From NCBI GenBank assembly GCA_022709385.1, contig JAKLIX010000002.1, positions 44,535-108,534 of the forward strand: a DNA stretch of 64,000 bases. The letters are read 5' to 3'. The translations under genes and the position numbers were made by a program. The stretch's first letter is position 1. Each line of letters opens with the position of its first letter. Below are positions 18,801 through 26,921 of this stretch, in pieces. A model generated the notes under the pieces. It searched no databases, was not told the origin of the DNA, and worked only from the letters and a program-made list of their open reading frames with translations. This DNA comes from Bacteroidota bacterium. GTDB taxonomy: Bacteria; Bacteroidota; Bacteroidia; Bacteroidales; CAIXZF01.

Positions 18801-21800
18801 TGACGATATACTCACCCAGGCTGTTTGTGATTGCAGTTTGACCGCTTGTTCCAAATGTAATGGTAATGCCGGCTACCGGCTGGTCGCTGCTGTCCCTGAG
18901 TGTGCCACTGAGACTGACAGTCTCTTGTATGGCTGTGAAATTCAAATTATTAAGCGGATTGTTAACATTGATCAGATATCTTACCTCAGGAACAAAGGTA
19001 AAGCAACTCTTTTCGGGGCTTACAGAACCTGAATAACCACAAGGCACACTGAAGGAGAAATACCCTGATAAACTCGTCATTGCAGTTCCACCCCCGTCCC
19101 CGCTGATAATCATCGTAACACCTGAGATACCATTATTCAGACTGTCCCTTACGAAACCTGAAATGGGTACAAGGATGCCGCTTGCTGTATAATCATGGTT
19201 ATCAATGCTTTGAGTGATATTGGTATAATTCATACCCGGTGGATCAAAGACAAAACAGGTTTTTGATACACTCACTGTACCGGAGTATGGACAAGGGACT
19301 GTCTTACTGTAAAAACCATTGTTGTCGGTAAAAACGGTTCCTCCTCCTGTACCGCTGAAAGTCAGGCTGACACCGCTCAGCGGATTCCCTTCATCGTCAA
19401 GGATCACACCTGAAATGACGGGATTGAATGGCTGGGCTGAATAATCCTGATTGCTTTGATGCGAAGTGACTTCAGTATACAAACGGTTCTCGGGGCTGAA
19501 AACGAGGCAAGCTTTGGCCGGGGTTGCAGTTCCTGAGTAATTGTAAGGGACACTTTTGCTGTAATAGCCGCTGGCATTGGTGGTGACGCTCCCACCCCCG
19601 CTACCGCCGAAAGTAACAGTGGCATCGCTGACCGGATCGCCGGTATTGTCAGTAACAAGGCCGGTGATATTGAATGTCTTGTATGTGCCAGCATAGTTTT
19701 TACCACTTATATTTGCATTTACATCTGTGTAATTCCAGAGTATGGGAGTAAAGGAATAACCCAGCTTAAATGCAGTGGCATAACCTGAATAACCACAAGG
19801 AACTGAAAAACTGTAATTCCCGCTTGAATTAGTCGTGGCCACACCCCCACCATTGCCCCAGAAGGTAATCGTTGCACCACTTATTGGCTGGAGCGTGGCA
19901 GCATTAAACACGGTACCGGATATCACATACTGCAGGATTATTCCTGCATAGTCCTGACTGTCTGCATGCGTGGTCAGGTTATTATACATCCTGCCTGCAG
20001 GAATGAACTCATAACAGGGATATTGCAGGGATGCCGATCCGCTGTATCCGCATGGAACAGTAATGGAATAATACCCTGAAGCATTGGTAATGACACTTCC
20101 TCCTCCGCTTCCGCTGAACAAGATGTTTACACCGCTTAGCGCTTCTCCGGTGCTGTTTGTTACAGTACCCGAAATAAGCGGGGACAAATCAGAAATAGTG
20201 TAATTCTGGTTGCTCTGATTGACAGTCACTTCTGAATAGGTAACCAAAGCCGGTGAAAAGCTGTGGCATTCCTTTTCAGGGGTTGCTGTCCCGGAATAAT
20301 TAAACGGTACACTCTTACTGTAATAACCATTCGCATTGGTGGTAACAGTTCCCCCTCCGGCTCCGCTGAAAACCACATCCACACTGCCGGCGGGATTACC
20401 GCCCGCATCAGAGATTATGCCCGAGATATTTCTGTTGGCAACACTGCCTCCGTAATTCTTCCCACTGATATCAGCCTGCACATCCTGATAACTCCAGAGC
20501 GCCGGCGTAAAACTGTATCCAAGTTTAAAAGCTGTTGCATGTCCGCTGTACCCGCAGGGAACTTCAAAACTGTAATTGCCGGATGTATTGGTGACAGCTA
20601 CCCCGCCTCCGCTGCCCCAGAAGGTAACGCTTGCTCCGCTGATGGGTGCGAGGGTTGTTGTGTTAAACACAGAACCGGAGATCGTATAGTACTGTATATG
20701 AGCTGTATAGTCTTGATCGGGCATACTGCCTGTGATTCCGGAATACTGAATACCGGGAGGGCTAAAGTCGTAACAGGAATGTTCCGGTACGGCAGTTCCG
20801 GAGTAGCCGCAGGGCACTGTGATGCTGTAGTGTCCACTGCCGTCTGTCATCACAGTTCCCCCTCCCGGTGAGCTGAAGGTGATGCTTACATTGCTCATGG
20901 GGTTTCCACTGCTGTCCAGAATGCTACCACTGATATCTTTGGTGGTATGACTGGCCCAGAAGTTCAATTCGTCCTGGTTGGTTGTGAGATTTGAAAAATT
21001 GTATACCAGGGGTGTAAATGATTTACATAGCATGGATGGGGTTACCGTTCCTGTATACCCGCAAGGGACGGTCTTGCTGTAAAAACCGCCGGCATCGGTG
21101 GTCACATCTCCGCCACCCTGTCCTGAAAAATGAACCGTAACGCCCGCTAACGGATTGACGTTAAAATCAATGATATAGCCGGAGACGGTTCTTGTCTGGG
21201 TATAAACGCTGTAGTTCTGATTATTTATATTGTTACCGACATTCTGGTACGCCCTCGAAGGAGGAACAACACTGTAACAGGGATGGGCAGGGCTCGCCGT
21301 TCCACTGTATGCACAGGGAACCTGGAAGCTGTAATAGCCGTTTTCATCGGTCGTTACCGTACCTCCCCCAGGCCCGCTGAATACGATACTGATCCCGCTG
21401 ACCGGATCACCTGTTGCGGTAGTTAATGTTCCGTTGATAAAGGGTGAATAGCTGGTTGCGACATAATCCTGTTCGGTCGATTGTGCAACCAGATGTGCAT
21501 ATGCTGAAGCGGACGGAGAGAAGGTATGGCATGCTTTGGATGGGATTGCTGTACCCGTGTACCCGCACCCTAGCATGATCGCATACTCGCCATCGGCATC
21601 GGTGGTGACCGTGCCACCACCAGGTCCCGGGAACACAACATCAACACCTTCAACAGCTTCGCCGGCATTATTCGTGATCGTTCCGTGAACCACGGGACTG
21701 AATAGAACATCAGCAACCATATCCTGACCGGACAGGCTTTGTTGAAGATTATTATAGGATAATGATTCCGGAAGGAAATGATAACAGGAGGTGATCGCTT

Positions 21801-23880
21801 TGACTTTACCTGAAAAGCCATAGGGAACTTCAAATGAATAATACCCGTTTGCATCTGAGAATATAGTATCGCCCGGCAGTCCTATACAGCATACTTGCAC
21901 GCCGCTGAGCGGATTATCCGACGCATCTGTAATACTTCCTGAGATCGTCAGTATAATCCCATACTTATACAGAATTCCCATGGTGTCTGCTTTCTGAAGG
22001 GTTTGTTTAAGTACACCGGGGTATCCAATACCATACATCACTTTTTGCTGGTCAGGGTCGCCGTAAAGGTCCCATAAGCACAACCAGTGTCCAAACTCAT
22101 GTAATGCAATTGATCGAATGTCATAAGCGTCTGGTACAGGAATGGCACTTGAACTCCAGTCATATAGATCATTGAATGTTATATCGACTTCCTTTATACA
22201 ACCTGTCGAGGCGTTACTAAAGACCGTAGAAGCTGCCAAAAAAGGTCCCCAGGGATTATTCGTCCACTGAATCGTATTGACGGAGTCACGGCTTGAAGTC
22301 GTATTGGTGTGTGTGCCATCATAAAGAAATGTAATCCCTGAACCAACCCCATTCCAGCTGTCAGTGGCATTGATCACTGCCGTAGCCTCTCCGCTGCAGT
22401 CCGGTGTGTTTGCATTAATCTTGAATGGAACCACCGGACTTTCTCCTTCCCATCTCATTCTGCTGCTTGAAAAAGTGACAGAAAAATTAAATCCTGCGCT
22501 AGACTTTACAGTATTGGATGGTGTTACCACGATAACTTTCACCGGGCCGCTCCCGGCCGAACCGGGATAACCCTGAACAGTAGCTGTTGGAACATAACAT
22601 TCGATCAATGTATCAGACCAGGATACAATGGGTGCCTTGATGCGAGGGATACCAGGCCTGTAATAAAAGTAAACTTCCGAATATCCTTTGCTTTCGCCGA
22701 AGTACTGACCTGAGATTTTAACCGGACAATTGACTCCGGCAGCACATTCACCAGGAGTAATGCTGTTGATGACCGGATATGCAGGAGGGTCTTCATCCGG
22801 AGTTTCCACATTCACATTACCCAGACTTGGATGACTGCTACTATTAAACAGGACAACCTCCTGGCCCGTCAAAGGCGCAAAACGGATTTCAAAATCATAG
22901 GTACCATGAGAAAGCAGGTTGTAAGAACTATGAGTACCATTTATTTCAATAAACCGTATAAATGATTCGTATGTATATGGGGTGATAGTGATCGCTGAAG
23001 AAGAATAGCTGCCATGAAACTGATAAGATTCAGATGTACCCGATGTTTTCGAATAGATATAAAGAAAACCGGTAAGCGTACTTCCATCATTGGTCGATAA
23101 AAAAAACAAATGTGTTCTCCAACTGAGATAACCATCATCATCATGATCGTGCGGGTGACCAGTCTTATATTGATGATACACAATATTACCTATAGTGGAT
23201 TCAGGTACAAAGTCATCTGCGCAATCTTCATTAAGCCTGGAAGATTTCTCCAACAGCACGATATCCTTTTTGGCTTGAAACTGCCCAGGTTCAACAGCCT
23301 GGTACTTTGATGGATTGGTCATTCCCTGATCCCCTGAGGCAGATATGAGACTCTGAAGCATTTGAATCAGCTCATTATCTTTCGTTTCCGGCCGTCTGTC
23401 AATCTTTCGTATAACATCAAGAAATGAATGCAAACGGACATCCCTGCCCAAAACATTGCAATAATCCATATATACCTGCATCACGCTGTGATCCGGATCC
23501 CTGAACCGGACAGGAAATTCATTGAAAAACATAATGTAAGTTTCCTGCTCTGCCAAATATAATTCAGAACTTATAAACTCATTGAGATCATCCACCGTCC
23601 CTCCCCTTACCTCAACACTTAAACTGGAAAAATGCCTGCCTCTGATGTTGTGCGTAACCTCCACTGTATAAGTCGTGTAAATGTGCCGCCCGTATTCATC
23701 ATTCCGCCATTGTGCCACAGATGAGGTAACCTTCCCGACAACAATGTTCTGAGACTCCCTGATGACCCGGATCATGCGGTTGGTCCTGTCCTGGCCCATG
23801 GCGCCGGCTGTTACAAACAAGCCAATCATCATTACTGACAAAGCAAAGAATGTGCTGAAGAAAGTTTTCCGTGTTACCAT
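15877..23880 (-). CDS. Giant (2,667 aa) T9SS-secreted surface protein: IPT-like domain, metzincin protease (HExxHxxxxxD + Met-turn), 14 beta-sandwich repeats, internal cohesin-like module, PKD/Ig-like units, dockerin-like module, second cohesin-like module, T9SS CTD
   Basis: Signal/anchor MVTRKTFFSTFFALSVMMIGLFVTAGAMG. Zinc motif ALHEFGHWLCLWDLYGDPDQQKVMYG (~22040-22110). 14 units ending in VPCGYSGTA-type motifs. Cohesin-like PPALTIADTGGYCDGSMLAVPVYASGITDMVLFQFYIEYDPAILQY (~17745-18150). Shared dockerin module ~16545-17020 (PWGGANAVDALLSLQHFTG...AADVTGEGNINAIDGLSILKRFVSLIDTFPSGDWYFE...CFGDINQSYLPG). C-terminal cohesin-like module ~16130-16530. CTD LEVFPNPVNAVSVIRYFL...GTYFIRLSSGGLILQQKMTVL. 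Confidence 0.9.
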   Translation of the reverse strand: MVTRKTFFSTFFALSVMMIGLFVTAGAMGQDRTNRMIRVIRESQNIVVGKVTSSVAQWRNDEYGRHIYTTYTVEVTHNIRGRHFSSLSVEVRGGTVDDLNEFISSELYLAEQETYIMFFNEFPVRFRDPDHSVMQVYMDYCNVLGRDVRLHSFLDVIRKIDRRPETKDNELIQMLQSLISASGDQGMTNPSKYQAVEPGQFQAKKDIVLLEKSSRLNEDCADDFVPESTIGNIVYHQYKTGHPHDHDDDGYLSWRTHLFFLSTNDGSTLTGFLYIYSKTSGTSESYQFHGSYSSSAITITPYTYESFIRFIEINGTHSSYNLLSHGTYDFEIRFAPLTGQEVVLFNSSSHPSLGNVNVETPDEDPPAYPVINSITPGECAAGVNCPVKISGQYFGESKGYSEVYFYYRPGIPRIKAPIVSWSDTLIECYVPTATVQGYPGSAGSGPVKVIVVTPSNTVKSSAGFNFSVTFSSSRMRWEGESPVVPFKINANTPDCSGEATAVINATDSWNGVGSGITFLYDGTHTNTTSSRDSVNTIQWTNNPWGPFLAASTVFSNASTGCIKEVDITFNDLYDWSSSAIPVPDAYDIRSIALHEFGHWLCLWDLYGDPDQQKVMYGIGYPGVLKQTLQKADTMGILYKYGIILTISGSITDASDNPLSGVQVCCIGLPGDTIFSDANGYYSFEVPYGFSGKVKAITSCYHFLPESLSYNNLQQSLSGQDMVADVLFSPVVHGTITNNAGEAVEGVDVVFPGPGGGTVTTDADGEYAIMLGCGYTGTAIPSKACHTFSPSASAYAHLVAQSTEQDYVATSYSPFINGTLTTATGDPVSGISIVFSGPGGGTVTTDENGYYSFQVPCAYSGTASPAHPCYSVVPPSRAYQNVGNNINNQNYSVYTQTRTVSGYIIDFNVNPLAGVTVHFSGQGGGDVTTDAGGFYSKTVPCGYTGTVTPSMLCKSFTPLVYNFSNLTTNQDELNFWASHTTKDISGSILDSSGNPMSNVSITFSSPGGGTVMTDGSGHYSITVPCGYSGTAVPEHSCYDFSPPGIQYSGITGSMPDQDYTAHIQYYTISGSVFNTTTLAPISGASVTFWGSGGGVAVTNTSGNYSFEVPCGYSGHATAFKLGYSFTPALWSYQDVQADISGKNYGGSVANRNISGIISDAGGNPAGSVDVVFSGAGGGTVTTNANGYYSKSVPFNYSGTATPEKECHSFSPALVTYSEVTVNQSNQNYTISDLSPLISGTVTNSTGEALSGVNILFSGSGGGSVITNASGYYSITVPCGYSGSASLQYPCYEFIPAGRMYNNLTTHADSQDYAGIILQYVISGTVFNAATLQPISGATITFWGNGGGVATTNSSGNYSFSVPCGYSGYATAFKLGYSFTPILWNYTDVNANISGKNYAGTYKTFNITGLVTDNTGDPVSDATVTFGGSGGGSVTTNASGYYSKSVPYNYSGTATPAKACLVFSPENRLYTEVTSHQSNQDYSAQPFNPVISGVILDDEGNPLSGVSLTFSGTGGGTVFTDNNGFYSKTVPCPYSGTVSVSKTCFVFDPPGMNYTNITQSIDNHDYTASGILVPISGFVRDSLNNGISGVTMIISGDGGGTAMTSLSGYFSFSVPCGYSGSVSPEKSCFTFVPEVRYLINVNNPLNNLNFTAIQETVSLSGTLRDSSDQPVAGITITFGTSGQTAITNSLGEYIVTLPCGFSGKVKPLDECYSYFPGLRSLSNVTTNLDSLDFTATLQMVPVSFKTLQISEFPIVGTQIEISGDCGVSGTTDGLGIWASEVPCGCSGTVTFTHLCYEYDPDSIDLVNVTEAVSMIITGTDPDSPEAPLTPVGIDFIIPPVYSVSYGVPEIEGAISYEWIYSGSNVSINDTGQNVTLDFLPGATSGVLKVRGIGQCSAGVWSPGLAITVEPMEPPALTIADTGGYCDGSMLAVPVYASGITDMVLFQFYIEYDPAILQYDTCDDWGGGVNPDSLSITDNPTDGVLSFHYYGDTVNLSEGMFFTLHFHFMDGPSSEISWTQNQGPALFMHASTALVTGVYTDGSAVCLPPPLILTTTAEPSEVCEGEAVILHAFPTGGSGNYSFSWESDPPGFTSSEQHPQLIPDVNTVYTVTVNDGLQQTSGFAEVTVHPLPVITFSISPDVVCDNSPAVALSATPSGGTFEGEGVSGDLFNPGLVDPGEVAITYHFTDENGCDANQADFITVLMAPLVDAGEDQEILPGMSVQLQPTVTGGQGVLQYSWSPPDGLDDPFIANPFATPPFLPFTYTLTVTDEAGCQHADQLTITEQTGGQSGIYGQLAYSNLSNTPLGNTEVSLYNNLDELIGTTSTGTDGSFVFNGVEAGDYYLLTQTNIPWGGANAVDALLSLQHFTGFITLLGLPLVAADVTGEGNINAIDGLSILKRFVSLIDTFPSGDWYFEIPEFTIDGVNNMMLDYHGICFGDINQSYLPGFKSQASLYVSYLGTGILQPDGSMIIPVFAASDMMISSMSLILNVPEVIDIVQIISGLPGEFAYHSRNGETRIGWYNLEPFQLQPMDLVLTIHARMKESVTDCDLTIDPESNVSDENARIIRGGLILPSLSNVQPENRLEVFPNPVNAVSVIRYFLQNSGNVSLRLFNVYGQLVKELVNEENAAGVHSISLDNSHIQAGTYFIRLSSGGLILQQKMTVLSHER
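18460..21960 (-). repeat. In-frame array of 14 ~84-88-aa CarboxypepD_reg/SdrD-B-like beta-sandwich domains with a 3-domain (~252-aa) super-repeat
   Basis: Recurrent pattern ISG.(I/V).D..GNP(L/V)SGV.(I/V).FSG.GGG.V.T(D/N)..G.YS..VP(C)GYSGT..P...C..F.P. Super-repeat partners: YTISGSVFNTTTLAPISGASVTFWGSGGGVAVTNTSGNYSFEVPCGYSGHATAFKLGYSFTP vs YVISGTVFNAATLQPISGATITFWGNGGGVATTNSSGNYSFSVPCGYSGYATAFKLGYSFTP, about 252 aa apart. The DNA is only moderately similar. Confidence 0.85.
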
Positions 23881-24280
23881 GATTTACTGTATTGTATTTT
23901 ACGAATGCCTGTTTCAGATTTCAATGTATATTGAATCTTAGTGAAATCAAATGCCATGAGAATGAAGTAACTGGCAGTGGTGGATTGCAGGAATTACCCC
24001 CCGGGAATGCAACAGACAAGCGTGTTATGTTGGCATCAGTTTTCACATATGTTAGTTCAAATATAATACATAACTGAACCGAATCAAATTTTTTTCCTCA
24101 AATGCAATATCATTAAATAAATGATGAAATCCACAGACCCGACTCCCGGGTTGCATTTTTCAGCCTTCACAACAGCAACGGCCGGATGGGCAGGGGCAGG
24201 GCCCTGAGTCAATAAAATGTGGTGGAATACTATGCTGACACGAAATGAGTTTTCGAGAAAATTGTTATCCAGTGGTGTAC

Positions 24281-24345
24281 GGCATTACTCATACTAATCA
24301 GCTTTGCATTCGCAAACCTGTCAAGTATGAGTATATCGTGATTGG
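24281..24345 (+). repeat. Copy 1 of a ~55-nt hairpin repeat family (core CAGCTTTGCATTCGCAAACCTG inside an ACTCATACT/AGTATGAGT stem)
   Basis: GGCATTACTCATACTAATCAGCTTTGCATTCGCAAACCTGTCAAGTATGAGTA. The outer 9-bp stem is perfect. The inner stem is CAG-C-TTTGC/GCAAA-C-CTG. It lies directly 3' of the minus-strand gene 24348-25397. About 90% identical to the copy at 43696. Confidence 0.75.
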
Positions 24346-24347
24346 AA

Positions 24348-25397
24348 TTACTGCCCCATAAATTCCCAGGCGGCAGCAGACAGATCCCTGATCAGTCCGG
24401 CCTGCAGCCGGCTGTCGGATCCTTCTGTCATCACCGTTAACAGATAGGGTTTTTCCGGATGATAGAAAATCCCGGTCTCGGAAAACTGCAACTGAACATT
24501 GTCTCCCGCTTCCCCGAATTTATGGGCCACCCTGGTTCCTGCAGGGACTCCCCCGCTCATGCCTTCGCTGAAAGTGGCCCTGGTCAACAGCTCCAGTGCG
24601 TCATGGGAGTTTTTCTCATTCAGAAAACTTGCATTGTACAATACCCTGAGAAAGCGGGAAATATGAGCGGCAGTCAGTCTGAAATCGGGGTCAAAGGGGG
24701 CGGGTACGGGTAAGCCGAGTTCTGAATAGACCTTCCGGTACCGGTCTGAATCAAACATATTCATCAGTAACAGGGTCGTGGCAATGTTGTCGGAATGAAC
24801 GATCATGTTCTCGATCAATTCCCTGATCGTGTATGTGTTCCCCAGTTTAAGCGGACTTTCGCGATAGGTTTCCGATTTTGGATTGGCAATGGGACGGTCG
24901 AAGGTGACTTTCCTGTTAAGCACACCGGGTTTCTCCTCTTCCATTTTCATAAAAGCCATCATCACCGGAACCTTCAGGATGCTGCCGGGAATATAACCCG
25001 CGTCGCCGTTAATGGAAAACCACCTGCCATCCGACAGGGACCTGAAATATAAAGAGACCTTACTGATCCCTCCCTGTTCCCTGTGCTGATTAACAACAAT
25101 ATCAAGATGATCTCTCAGGGCCAGCAATCCGGGTGACTCCCGGAAAGGATCAGTCAGCCTGAGGGGATGAGACAGGCCTGGACTGTTGCCCCTGATCAGT
25201 ACCAGGCTTTCTTCTGTCTCATGAAACTTAGTGTTTATAATATCACCTTCCTTGTGGCTCGAAAAAGAAGCCAGTCCCAACCAGATGACAGCAGTGAACA
25301 GGACCTGGGATAATCCGGCATATATCCATGGTATTTTGATTCTCAATAAATTAAATGTACGAATGGGAACAGGTTCCGCTATGTTCTCTTTTTTCAT
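24348..25397 (-). CDS. Membrane-anchored serine hydrolase, class A beta-lactamase-like fold
   Basis: N-terminal TM helix (WIYAGLSQVLFTAVIWLGLASF). SxxK motif (PGSILKVPV), SDN motif (IVHSDNIATTLL), KxG-like motif (AHKFGEAG). Confidence 0.7.
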   Translation of the reverse strand: MKKENIAEPVPIRTFNLLRIKIPWIYAGLSQVLFTAVIWLGLASFSSHKEGDIINTKFHETEESLVLIRGNSPGLSHPLRLTDPFRESPGLLALRDHLDIVVNQHREQGGISKVSLYFRSLSDGRWFSINGDAGYIPGSILKVPVMMAFMKMEEEKPGVLNRKVTFDRPIANPKSETYRESPLKLGNTYTIRELIENMIVHSDNIATTLLLMNMFDSDRYRKVYSELGLPVPAPFDPDFRLTAAHISRFLRVLYNASFLNEKNSHDALELLTRATFSEGMSGGVPAGTRVAHKFGEAGDNVQLQFSETGIFYHPEKPYLLTVMTEGSDSRLQAGLIRDLSAAAWEFMGQ

Positions 25398-25488
25398 AAG
25401 GAGTAATTGGCAGCATGTGATCAGTTACTGCACTTCTCCTAATGACAATCAATCCCGGGATGGTTGCCCTGAATTTTGTTTTTTTATA

Positions 25489-25537
25489 CGCATACTGAAC
25501 AGGCTTGCGAATGCAAGGCGTTTAGGAGTGATGCCCA
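25489..25537 (-). repeat. Copy 2 (inverted, more diverged) of the hairpin repeat family
   Basis: The reverse complement reads GGCATCACTCCTAAACGCCTTGCATTCGCAAGCCTGTTCAGTATGCGT and aligns with 24281-24333. It lies ~90 bp upstream of the start of the serine hydrolase gene and abuts the opening of the pseudogene frame (stop at 25529-25531). Confidence 0.6.
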
Positions 25538-26164
25538 ATTACCGCCTCCTACAGCAAAATCGTTCCTCCTCTAGTGATCACTCCTTTTGATGCCTCTATC
25601 ACGTCAAGGTATGCCCTTTCGCTGTACACCCTCACCAACGACCAGCAAAAAGCCGCCGATGTGGATACCAACAACAATGCCACGGTATATGATGCCGTCC
25701 TTTATGCCCAGTATTCCGTGGGCCTGATCAACTCCTTTACCGCCGGAATGTGGCTCATCAGCCCGCTTTCCAACACTTACAACCTGATCAGCAACCTGAT
25801 GGACCAGAATTATAAGCTTACCGCGGTGGGCGATCCTTCGGGTAACTGGACAGCACCGCCTTCAGGAGGGCCCAGGCTGGGCATCAGCTTTCCGGTAGAC
25901 ATTCAAAACCAGTCAATTATAAAAATTCCTGTCCACGCCAACGAACCCTTCTCTTCCTATCTGGTAGATAAGGTCAACATCAGCATTTACAACATGCTGG
26001 GATCGTTGGTGATGACCCTGGTGGATGAAATTCAGGAAAGCTGATCCCATTCAGTCCGGCTTCCAGCAGGAATTTTGCCCGCCGGATTGTATACTTACAG
26101 ACTCGTCCTCAGCAGTGCTTCTAACTTTGAACACAGTATTGGATGGTTGTTGAGTGATAATTGA
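25532..26164 (+). pseudogene. 5'-truncated remnant of a dockerin-like/T9SS-CTD protein gene with an in-frame TGA inside the CTD
   Basis: The frame opens at 25532 with no signal peptide or upstream domains. A diverged dockerin-like stretch is present (PFDASITSRYALSLYTLTNDQQKAADVDTNNNATVYDAVLYAQYSVGLINSFTAGMWLISP). The CTD sequence VNISIYNMLGSLVMTLVDEIQES is interrupted by TGA at 26042-26044. The same frame continues SHSVRLPAGILPAGLYTYRLVLSS... to the stop at 26162-26164. Confidence 0.7.
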
Positions 26165-26178
26165 AATAATCCACTTTG

Positions 26179-26454
26179 CTATTCCTCTGCCGCAACAGAA
26201 GAATCAGGATATTGGGTTTTGCCTATTTTATAAAGGTACTCGGGTGCCAGGTCAGCTCCGTTAGGCCATTGAACGGTGTTGTACCGGATACTGAACTTTC
26301 TGAAAAAATCTAAGTCCTTCAATGGGTGGAATACAGGTCCGATCATTTTACCTTCAAGATCGACAATCTTGGATTTTCCGTCATTAAAAACCACAAGTAT
26401 TTTGTATTCAAATAAATACTGGGCATCTACGACTTCTAAAAATAACGTATTCAT
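26179..26454 (-). CDS. DUF2442-family small protein
   Basis: 91 aa. MNTLFLEVVDAQYLFEYKILVVFNDGKSKIVDL...FRKFSIRYNTVQWPNGADLAPEYLY matches the DUF2442 pattern recalled from memory. It overlaps the upstream gene by 4 nt. Confidence 0.7.
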   Translation of the reverse strand: MNTLFLEVVDAQYLFEYKILVVFNDGKSKIVDLEGKMIGPVFHPLKDLDFFRKFSIRYNTVQWPNGADLAPEYLYKIGKTQYPDSSVAAEE

Positions 26455-26714
26455 ACTAATGGATCTATGGAAACCAAAGGTATTCCCTCCTGGGCATTAT
26501 TCCAATTCATTAAAAGCTCGTCACTGTGTTCAGATAACCAGTCAAACACCATTAATAAAGCACGTCTGGGCATCATCCCTTTTACTATCCTATCATGAAT
26601 CGTTACCGAAATTTTATATACTCCATACCAGGCATGAAAATGAGGAGGTGCATGATCCATAAAGTTCATCAGGATAATGATTCCATAAAACTGGCTAATC
26701 TCTGGCATTTGCAT
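26451..26714 (-). CDS. DUF4160-family small protein (start probably the second ATG at 26708)
   Basis: MPEISQFYGIIILMNFMDHAPPHFHAWYG... is the DUF4160 signature (FYGI.I.M...DH.PPHFH). It is translationally coupled to the DUF2442 gene. Confidence 0.7.
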   Translation of the reverse strand: MQMPEISQFYGIIILMNFMDHAPPHFHAWYGVYKISVTIHDRIVKGMMPRRALLMVFDWLSEHSDELLMNWNNAQEGIPLVSIDPLV

Positions 26715-26921
26715 GGTTAATACTACAAAGGTAGTTGTTTGTGTGCATTATAACCAGGGAAGCATTAAAAAAGTATTTATAATGGAGGCCAGCCCATAAC
26801 GTTGTGCAAATGTCAACACACCGGCCAATGGAAAATAATAGCGAGGTGAATACCCGAGCCGACTTCTGCACATAACGGTTTAAGGTCCATTTTTTGTAAA
26901 CCTGTATATCGTCGGTATAGT

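Noticed and set aside
26042-26044. In-frame TGA read as selenocysteine or programmed readthrough
   Set aside because: The codon sits in a T9SS sorting domain, which has no redox function. No SECIS-like hairpin follows it. The gene is also 5'-truncated. A pseudogene or a base error is the simpler reading.
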